Assembly: GCF_048593235.1 (NCBI RefSeq)
Contig: NC_133620.1
Coordinates: 373,517,261 to 373,581,260, forward strand
From: Sminthopsis crassicaudata
Taxonomy: Eukaryota
Direction: 5' to 3'
DNA length: 64,000 nt
Shown in pieces: positions 44,601 through 55,169 of the stretch. Below the pieces are notes generated by a model. That model worked only from the letters and a program-made list of their open reading frames with translations. It was not told the origin of the DNA and made no database searches. Numbering within the stretch: position 1 is the stretch's first letter; the number at the start of each line of letters is the position of its first letter. A program made the translations under genes and the position numbers.

Positions 44601-47600
44601 AGAAGAGTGGGCCCTTTCCTTTCTGGCCCTTTTCTCTGGAGATCCTGACCCAGCCATTCCAACCTCATACAAAAATCCAAATATCCAGGCCTTCGGTTTT
44701 ATCCAAAGGGTCCAAAATGAGGAGAGAGAAAATGCCAGGCCCCTTACAATCCTTTCTCCCTTTCTTCCCCCTTCTCCTCCATCCCTTCAGACAAGCATGA
44801 AGAACATGGAGAGGGAACTGCTGTGCCCCGTCTGCCAAGAGATGTACAAGCAGCCACTGGTGCTGCCCTGTGCCCACAATGTGTGCCAGGCCTGTGCCAG
44901 GGAAGTTCTGGGGCAGCAGGGTTATGGGAGCCACACTGGGGATCCCAGCTCTGAGCCCACCTCACCTGCCTCCACCCCTTCCACACGAAGTCCCCGCCTT
45001 GGCCGTAGGACTCTGCCCAAAGCAGACCGCCTGGACAGGCTGCTCAAGTCAGGTGGGGATGCTGAATTCAGGTGGGAAAGGTTGGGGGGGCAGCTGATAA
45101 TCAAAAAAAACCAAAAACAAACAAACAAAAAAAACCCCATAAACTAGGAATTGTCAGAGTGAAGGTACACAGAAAAGCTAAAGGCAGACATGCCTGGGAA
45201 ATGAGGGGAAAAGGGGTGAGGGACAAATGTCTCCTTGTCTAGTGATATTTCGGTTTCTGCTGATGAAAAGGCACCTGTTTAGGGGATAATTCTGTTTGTG
45301 TCCCAGCTGTGGCACCAGCTGTGGTTTGAGGATTGGAATTAACACATACCCCCTTTCCCCTCTCTCCATCTCCCTCCTCATGCTCTCCTTCAGGTTTTGG
45401 AACATACCCTGGCCGGAAACGGGGAGCCTTGCACCCCCAGATTGTGATGTTCCCATGCCCAGCATGCCAGGGTGATGTGGAGCTGGGCGAGCGGGGCCTG
45501 AATGGCCTCTTCCGTAACTTGACTCTAGAGCGGGTTGTGGAGCGGTACCGTCAGAGTGTGAGTGTGGGTGGTGCCATCTTGTGCCAGCTTTGTAAACCCC
45601 CACCTCTGGAGGCCACCAAGGGCTGTACCGAGTGCCGTGCCACCTTCTGCAACGAGTGCTTCAAGCTCTACCATCCCTGGGGCACTCAGAAGGCCCAGCA
45701 TGAACCCACCTTGCCCACCCTCACTTTTCGCCCAAAGGTGAGCAGGTCTTGCCAGTCAACCCTCTGGGTACCTCTGCAGATGCCTAAAGAGCTAGAGGAG
45801 AGGGAAGTTCTGTACAGCATTATGTCAGCAACAGTATGGTGCTTCCTTGCTACCAAGGGCCCTGGATATGTGGACACCCAGATCTTTCAATACCCAAAGA
45901 ATCATAGAGCAATCTGCAAAATGATTATCTAAAAACGCAGTGTGTGCGCCTGTGTGCCCACACAGAAACACACCAAATTGACATCTTTGCCACTGACAAA
46001 GTATTGGTGACAAACTCAAACAAGGAACTGGATAAGCAGTCTGGTACTAAGTACTACCCAGAATACCGTCCTGTATTTGAAGGGCACCCATTACTACTTA
46101 GAATGATGCTCTTAATTTTGGATTCCTCCTGGCACCTAAAAAAAAACCCTCTTACTGTAGTGCTCCCTAAGGCTGTTACAGTCCAACTGTTCCCAGGAAA
46201 AGTGCTGCCTCTGCCTAAATGCAGGCATCTGGGAGACTAAGAAGGATTTCTTAATACCATTGCCTTCTCTCTACAGGGTCTGATGTGCCCAGACCACAAA
46301 GAAGAAGTCTCTCACTACTGCAAGACATGCCAGCGGCTAGTGTGCCAGCTCTGCCGGGTTCGGCGAACTCACAGTGGGCACAAGATTACACCCGTGCTCA
46401 GTGCCTATCAGGCTCTGAAAGTGAGTAGTCTTCTTTCTTTAGCCCCCACCTCTTCCCCTCTCCCCACCACATAATCACTCTGTGCCACACTGATCTGATC
46501 TTTCTCACCATGGGGGCAAAAACTCCTCCTGTGCCCGGGCATAATGCCCACTTCTCTCTTCCTTCACAGGAGAAACTGACAAAGAGCCTGACATATATTT
46601 TGGGAAATCAGGACACTGTACAAACCCAGATCTGTGAGCTGGAGGAGACAGTGAGGCATACAGAGGTGAGGGAGGGCACAGGGGCAGGCACGGTGCCAGG
46701 GCAGGGTGGGTAGGGCTGGCTAAAGTGTCAGAGAGATCTGATAGTTCTGAAAGGAGATAACTTTGGGTGCCTTGGAATTGTCTGAGGTGATAAGTAAGTA
46801 AAAGTTGTCGGGTACTTTGGGGCATGTGGCAAGGTTGACATGGATTCTAGTGACTAGAAAGATGCAAATAGGGACAGGTAGTATAGGGAAAGTCCCAAAG
46901 GGAAGTAGCATAAATTCCCTAAGAATTAATATTCAGCCCCCAGAGGTTGGCACAGATGCCCAGAAAGTTGGCGTAGCTGTGGGGTAGCTGTAGCATTGAT
47001 GTTTTCTACCAAATTGTTGATTTTGGATGCCTAGGGGAATGGCCAATGATGTAGGCAAGGTTTACACAGATGCAAAGTGCCTGGCTTGAGTGATCAAGGG
47101 CCCACTAAGGGGCCGCGCATCTTGTCCCTTTACCTCTCAAGGTGAAGAGAATGTTAATTCATATACTTAAGGGACTAGCAGTGATGCTGGATACCCAAAA
47201 AGATGGTAAAGGGCCCAGTGGAAGAAAGATGGAAAATGATGTTCCTTGTGCCCTTTTCTTCCCTTGGGCAGGTGAGTGGTCAGCAAGCAAAGGAGGAAGT
47301 GGCTCAGCTGGTGCGGGGGCTGGGTGCAGTGCTGGAGGAGAAACGGGCAACTCTGCTGCAGGCCATTGATGAATGCCAGCAGGAACGGCTAGCGCGGCTC
47401 GGGGCCCAGCTCCAGGAGCACCGGAGCTTGCTGGATGGCTCAGGCCTAGTGGGCTATGCTCAGGAGGTTCTCAAAGAGACTGACCAGCCTTGTTTTGTAC
47501 AGGCTGCCAAGCAGCTACACCACAGGTACTCGCTGGGCACCGTACTAGGAAGCCCTTCCCCAGAATCGGGTAGGGCTGAGAACAAGGCAGTAACATGGAG

Positions 47601-48249
47601 GGAACGGGAAAGGAGGAGGAAGGAAAAATACTCTAAATGAGTGAAGTTCATGTGCAGACAAGTGACAGCAGAGGCCTGTAGTAATGCCAAAGGGTGGGGT
47701 TGGTTCTTGAGCTTCCAGGGATTATTTGGACGCTCTGAGAAATATTATAGAACAGGACTGAGGCTTAAGGGGTGGGATGGGCTCCCAAATCCAGAGCTGG
47801 GGCCAAAGCCCTATATGAGATGATAGGGAGTATAAGATGCCAGGGAGCCAGGTCCAGTGGCAGGGTGCAAGAGGTGTGATGTCTCTGCTGACCACCGTCA
47901 CCTACCTACTTCTCTAGGATCGCCAGAGCCACAGAGGCTCTTCAGAATTTCCGTCCGGCTACCAGCTCCTCCTTTCGCCATTGTCAGCTGGATGTGGGGC
48001 GTGAGATGAAGCTGTTGACTGAGCTCAGCTTCCTAAGAGGTAATGAGGTGGCCAAACCCTGTCCCCTCTCCCATCTCCCCTCACTTCTCCTCCCTCTTCC
48101 TGGCAGCGGGCCCGGGGGGCAGTGTCCACTTCAGAGAGCTTCCTCCCTGCCCTGCCCTCAGCCTCCCCAGCGCCCAGCCCCTGCTCAGCCCCCGACCCTG
48201 GCTCCATTGAGCTCCGCTCAGCGCTGCTTCTCCCTCTCTTTGTTTATAG

Positions 48250-48287
48250 GCTGTGGCCACGGCGGAGTCTGCTCCGGAGCACCCCAG
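48250..48287 (+). other. TRIM46 38-nt cassette (poison) exon with GC donor
   Basis: Polypyrimidine tract + TTATAG acceptor and CAG|GCAAGT donor. Length is not a multiple of 3; inclusion gives a PTC at 49350-49352. Confidence 0.75.
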
Positions 48288-51200
48288 GCAAGTCACTGGC
48301 CCCTGCCCCGGGGGCCCTGCCCTCCCGCTGGGCCCTCTGTCCTACTCTGCCCTGCTCCCCCACCCCCAGAGCTCTCCTCATCTCGCTACCTCTCTGATTT
48401 TCCTACCATGGGACCTTTTGATGTCCCTCTTGACTTGTGACCATTGACTTCCTTCACTCTCTCCTCTGCCAGAGATTCTGCTTCCTTTCTCCTAACCTTT
48501 TCCCTTTCCCTCACCTCACCTTTGTCTTCCATCTGATTCTCACTCTCCTGATTTTCACTTTCCTTTTTCTGCTTTTGTTCCCTGCTCTCTCCCTTCCACC
48601 ATCTCTTTGCTTCCTCTCCTTATTCCTTTGCTGATTTATGTACTAGGGATCTTTGCCTTTCTCTTTCCTTTCTTGTTTTCTTTCCTTGTTCCCATTCATC
48701 ACTTAGGGTTAAAAGGGACCTTAAAGGTCAGTTATAGGCTCAGGATCTCCCCCCATTTTACTGATGAGGAATCCAAAGCCCATTAAGATCCAAGTGACTT
48801 GCTCTAGTTATCCTGCTTAAGTAGCAGCAAAGCTAGGAAGTGTCCATCCTGCCTCTGGCTCCCAGGCTAGTTTAGTGTTCTCCCTGTTATATTGTGCTTC
48901 CTCTATCAACCTTTACTTTCCACTTGTCTATCTCTCCCTGTCTTCTTCCTCTTCCTCCTTAGATTTTGTACACCTCTATTCCTACGTCCTAGATGCCTGC
49001 TCCCTGCTTGTCCCAGCCTGGTACCAGTGTCTCCATTTCCCAGCTTCCTTTTTCAGGAATCCCCCACCCCTCACTTCCACTCACCCTCCGGGCTCCCGCT
49101 GCCCGCCCTTCTCCTTTCCCCTTTCCCCCATCCCATCACTGGCCCTTCTATGTCCTGACCTGCTCTTTCTTCCTGCAGTACCTGAGGCTCCTGTCATCGA
49201 TACCCAGCGCACCTTTGCCTATGACCAGATTTTCCTCTGCTGGCGGCTGCCCCCACACTCCCCACCTGCTTGGCACTACACTGTGGAGTTCCGGCGCACA
49301 GATGTCCCTAATCCATCAGGCCCTGCCCGCTGGCAGCGGCGAGAAGAGGTGAGAGGGACCAGTGCTCTGCTGGAGAATCCAGACCCAGGCTCAGTCTATG
49401 TGCTTCGGGTCAGAGGCTGCAATAAGGCGGGCTATGGAGAATACAGTGAGGATGTCCACTTGCACACCCCTCCTGCACCAGGTAAGCTGCTGGGCAAGGG
49501 GTGGGGACTGGGACAGGTATGGATGCTAAGAAAATGAGTGCTTAGGGATTATAGGGCATACCCTGGTGGGGAGAAATGCCATGTAGTCATCCAACATTTG
49601 GTCCTAAAGGAGCTTTGGACTTGGAGACAGCAGAAATCTAGATTTTTAATCCTTCTTCTGACAATAGCTGCATAATCTTAGGCAAATCACTTAAACTCTC
49701 TGTGCCTCAGTTTCCTTATTTGTTAATGCTCTGTCCTGCCTGTCTCATGGAACGTGTTTTGCAAATCTTAAAACACTCTGTGAATGTGAGATTTTTTTTT
49801 TATAGGAAGCAATAAATAGCTACTCTAAAACTTTTTTCAATCAATGGCCCATGGACAAGTCACTGAAACTATTCAAATCTCAGTTTTCCCATCTCCAAAT
49901 TGGGGACAATGGCAGTAAGGACAAAATGGAGAGAGAGCTGGTCTGTGACTTGGGAAGAGCTTGATCCCAGTTTCACCTCTAAAGCCTACTTGGCCATGTG
50001 ATCCATTTTCACCCCTAAAGTCTACTGGCCATGTGATGCTGGGTAATTCACCATTCAGTGCCCCAAGAAATTCTCAGACTATATGGGTCCGAACAGTCGG
50101 TAATCTGGGTTAGTGGGAGTTCTTATATATCATTGAAATGAGAGATCCAGTCCCCACATGACCATCAAAACCACAACAAATTCCTGTCTTACTATAAGAC
50201 ATCTAATCTATTCTATTAATTCTATTAATAAGTAAAGGTCATAAAAGGATTTTGTAAATCTCAGATGATTTAAATCTAAAGCACTAGGAAATGAGCTTGT
50301 TGGCTTTGTTGTCACAAAGAAAAGAGATAGAGGTGAAAATGAAAGAGAAACTAAAGGATGGACACAGGGATTCTAACCATGGAAAAATATGTGCAATGGG
50401 ATAGAGGCAGAACGTCCCAACTATTGGGCTCAGGAGAGTATTCATTGCTAGAGACAGCAGAGGAGTGGTTGGGATCTGGGGCTCAGGGTGGGAGGATGAC
50501 TTGTACTCTTCCATAAAAATTCTTCCTGGGGTCCCACACCCATCCTTTGCCTTCTACCTTCATACTCACTCCCCCTTCCTATTTCCCCTCATGGCCCATT
50601 GTCTGTGTTAGGAATTCATTCAACCGCTCCTTAAATCTCCAGGTTTCCTCTCTCTTTTTACCCTGCTTGAGCATCTCACCCAAACCATCCAGCTCAGACA
50701 TTGTACCCAGTAGAACCTTGCCTGCCCCTCCATTATGGTCCCTTCCCTCCTCCCCTCCCATCAGTCTGGCTTAAAATGAGGAGACATACTGGGGACATTC
50801 CCCCAGAGGATGCTCCTCTTCCTTCCGCTCCCTTTGAATTTGGACTGATGCCTTGCTAAAACCCTGAACTCCCTGGGCACTGACAATTCCCCGAGTCCCC
50901 TCCCCTGCTTTCCTCCTGCTTTCCCCATCCTCCTGTTCTTCCGATCTTGCCCACTCTCCCCCAGTTCTGCACTTCTTCCTGGATGGGCGCTGGGGTTCTA
51001 GCAGAGAGCGGCTGGCCATCAGCAAGGACCAACGGGCAGTTCGCAGCATACCGGGAGTGCCTCTGCTCCTGGCAGCCGAGCGACTGCTGACAGGCTGCCA
51101 TCTGAGCGTGGACATCGTGCTGGGTGATGTGGCCGTGACCCAGGGCCGCAGCTACTGGGCCTGTGCTGTGGATCCAGCCTCCTACCTGGTCAAAGTGGGT

Positions 51201-52990
51201 GTTGGGCTAGAGAGCAAACTGCAAGAGAATTTCCAGGGTGCCCCAGACGTGGTCAGCCCCAGGTCAGGCCACAACACGGGACTGGTGGGGGGGGGGGAGC
51301 ACGGGGCCCAGAAGGGCTACAGAGGAGCAGACAAGGGGATGAGCAATTTGTCTCCATGGCACGTGGAAACCCAGGCCTTGGGGGTGGGAGAGGCGACAAG
51401 GCTGAGGCAGCAGGCTAAGGATTAAAGGGAAGGGGCCCAAGGCTCAGATCTTGACTCCCCTACACAGAGAATTTGGGGAACTTTCTTCAACTATAAAAGG
51501 AGGGGCTTGGGCTGGATTCTAAGGCCCCAGTTATTATATGTACATATAATGATCCTTTTTGGGGGAGGGATGTAGAAAGGGAACATAGGAGGAGAACAGG
51601 ATGATCCTGTCCCTGATCCTGTCATCAATCATCAGCCCTTTGCTTTGGACCCTCCCCTAGGTATGACCCAGACAGTGGCCATGACAGTGGAGCAGAAGAC
51701 GCTACCGTGGAAGCGTCTCCCCCCTTTGCCTTCCTGACCATCGGCATGGGCAAGATCCTTCTGGGAGCCGGCGGCAGTGGCGGAGCAGGGCTGACAGGCC
51801 GAGATGGGCCTGGGGCTGGCTGCACCGTCCCTCTGCCTCCCCGCCTGGGCATCTGCCTGGACTATGAGCGGGGTCGGGTCTCCTTCCTTGATGCTGTGTC
51901 TTTCCGCGGGCTACTCGAGTGCCCGCTGGACTGCTCAGGGCCTGTATGTCCGGCCTTTTGCTTTATTGGGGGTGGTGCGGTCCAGCTGCAAGAGCCAGTG
52001 GGTATGAAGCCAGAGAGGAAAGTCACAATTGGGGGCTTCTCCAAGCTGGATTGAGCCCCACAGACATGGTGGGTGCTATGGGTCCTATTCTCCTGGATTC
52101 CTGTTCTACGCCACACCATGAGCCCTAAGCCCCAGCTCCCAGAGCCTTGGGGGCACCCCCTCTGCCCCCGGCTCCCTCCCCTTAGGATCTTTTCTTCCAC
52201 ATCTCCTCTTAGTTGACCCCTTGTCCCTTGGCCAGTTTCTGTCAGTTCCTCCCCGGTACTGCCTCCTATAACCCTTCCATAGGGGCTCCATCTTACTCCC
52301 CCTCTGTCTCCTTGGCTCGGGTACGTCCTCTATCATGGGCTGCCCGCTACCTTTTTCCACTCTCTCCTGGCCTAGGCATAGGATCTACTGAGTTTACACA
52401 TCCCAGGAAAAAACTCAAATTTCCTCGCCCATCCTGCCTGGGCATCTTAATCAAGTCACCCAGAATGGGCACTGTGCCTACTATATGCCCCATGATCTCA
52501 CTACTGTACCTTGATTCTTTCAGTCTGGCTTAGAGTAAGGGATATAGGTCTGGGGGAAACTTCCCAGAGAGGACTACCCCCCCAAATTTCTCACTGATGC
52601 CCTGCTAACTTCCCTGCTCCATGGACCTCCCCCCCAGAGGTTGGTAAGCCCTTTTCTAGCCTGGCAGAGCCCAGGCACTCTGACCCAGGCGGCCACAGGA
52701 AGGTGCCTGCTGGGAGAGAGGAGCTGGGGCCCCTTTCTGTCATGCTTGCTTTATTGGGGCTACCCCAGTTTCTCCAGCTGCATGTCCTCTTTTCTCCTTT
52801 TCCCCTGCATGTTTGGCCCTCCCCCTTCCCCCAAGCCAGTGTGCCCAGTCTTTCGAGGGGCCCTGATGGGCAGGGCCCGTACCCCATGGCAGGTTAGGCT
52901 GGGCAGTATCTCTGGCGCCCATCCTTTATTCCCTGTGGGTGGGCAATGCTCCGGTCTGTGCCAACGGCTGTTATTTTCACAGTTTCTACC

Positions 52991-52996
52991 AATAAA
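52991..52996 (+). terminator. TRIM46 polyadenylation signal AATAAA
   Basis: AATAAA ~935 nt after the stop. Confidence 0.7.
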
Positions 52997-54896
52997 GGAA
53001 GATGCCAGACACAACTCTGGTCTAGCCATTCCTTTCGGAACTCCTTTGCCACCGTTTACAGAAAGGATTCTCATTTCAGTCAGGAGAAGCTAGCCGGTGA
53101 CAGGGAACTAGAGTTCACTGGGAGAGGGGGGGGAGACCTCTCCTCTACACCCTGGTCCTGTGCTTTCCCAGGAACTAGGCAGTGGGAAACACAACCCAGC
53201 CCCCACCCCACCTACCACCCAGGCAGGTGCACACAGCATGCCCAGGGCGGGCACGTCGGGGGCCCACCATGCTCAGCAAGGCAGACCGGCGCCCCTCCTA
53301 CACACACCCTTCCAAGAATCCACACTTACAGTGCCATGCAACTGACGAACCGCCAGAGGGCACTGCTACCTCTCTGGGATGGCCAGGATGCCCCCTCCCC
53401 CGGGCCACGGGCATCCAGGCCTTAGCCATCCATCAGTCAGGTAACATACCTAAGGAGGCAAGGCGTGGCTCCTCAGCCAAGAAGGCTCTTCTCCATTCCC
53501 AGAGTGCCTGGGAGAAAAGGACCCCAAAAAACCACAAACGGAGGGAGGGACCCTGACAAAGCAAGAGGGAATTAGGGAGCTGTCAGGGCAGCCTTGAAAA
53601 TGGAGGGAGCTGGGCCTGTGCCAGGGCCCGGATCTAACACAGCCCTTCTTATCGAAGCTCTGTTGACTCTGCGACTGTTATCATTGCTCTGGGATTTACT
53701 TAACACCAAGTCAACTAAGAATAGAGCTGCCCCCCTGGCACTGAGCCAGGGGCCAAGGAGGGAACCAAGGGCTCCACCTGCTTTGGTGTGAGAAGAAACC
53801 CCCATCTGGGTTGAGCCAGCACAACCAAGCACGTCTGGGGCTGGGGGAGGGGGGAGGGTTGGGCAAGATCGCTCCTTCTGACACTGAGCTCTCCTCTCGG
53901 TTTCGTTTCCTCCTTCCTTCTGGGAATCATCAAAAATGGAGTGACAGGCAAGGTTTCTGACAAACTGAGGCCTTTCACACTCCCAGGCAGTCCCAGATAT
54001 TGAAGCCAATCTTAGAAGGCTCCCCATCACTCAGCTCTTTACATCTCCCCCCTTCTTGCCAAGACTAGATGTCCCCTAGGGACACAGCACACAGGAGGCT
54101 GCAAATGGAATGGACCTTTAGGAGGAGGAGGGAGAAAAATCTGGAACTTCGCTAAAAACTAGAAAGGAAGTGAATGACTCAATGAGATGTCAAGAATCAG
54201 TCAAAACTAAAAAAAAAAAAAATTGGAACTCAAAATTTCATAAAAGTGGAAAAAAAAAGTGGGGGGAGAAATGGCCCTTAAGAGATTGTCTAGCCCAATT
54301 TGCTTATTTTTACAGATGAGGTAATTAAGGCACAAAGGAGGGTGTCATCAATACCCAAGGTCAAACAGCTAATCTAGGGCAGACCAAGAAGCCACCACCT
54401 CACATGCTTTGCTAATGCACTCACCTACGGCAAACATCTCCTTTCCCCTATTTCAAAATCCCTGACTCATTCCCACAACATCCCCTCTACATTCATTCCT
54501 CTCCTATGGTCTCTTCAGCTTTTCCCTCAATTCCTTATTGACCTTTAAGCCCAAGTCCCAAGACATAAACTGCTCCCAAATTCCTCATCAGGATCCTCCT
54601 CCCTCCCCTCCAACACCCTTACCACTATCAATGGGTCCCACTGTTACACCTATAACCTAGGACAGATCCATTTAAACTTTCTTACCTTCACTCCCTCTGT
54701 AAAATCTGGAGACATTGCCCACCTCTAGTCCCAACTTCACGCCATCCTCCCTCCCTTCCCAATTCTTGCCCAATCCCCCCATAGCAGCTCTACCCCAAGC
54801 CCACTGGGACCTTTGAGGTGGTTAGAAGGTGGGCTGGGTCAGACGAAGAAAGAACGAGAGATCTGGAGATGTCCTCTGTGTGGGGGGGTCATCAGT

Positions 54897-54902
54897 TTTA
54901 TT
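54897..54902 (-). terminator. MUC1 polyadenylation signal AATAAA
   Basis: TTTATT on the + strand, ~270 nt past the MUC1 stop. Confidence 0.7.
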
Positions 54903-55169
54903 CAGTCACATACCATTCCCCTTCCCCCATCCCTACCCACCAGGGCTCCTTCCCCTCAGGATCCGGCGTGAGGGTGGGATAGCAGCAGGCAATCTCTGAC
55001 AACATCTGGAGATGGATTATGGGGATGGGGGAGGAGGGTCTAATGCGCCTTCCAGGAAGGGGCCCTCAAGACACCTCCCACCCAGAACTTCTCACTTTCC
55101 CTTCCAGGGAGAGGAGGGGAAGTGCTCCCGGCAATGCTTGGCCCCAGGCACAAGGCTGGCACTATTCCT

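Noticed and set aside
53094-54030. ORFs of 120-159 aa between TRIM46 and MUC1
   Set aside because: No domain similarity or exon structure. This is GC-rich sequence downstream of the TRIM46 poly(A) signal.
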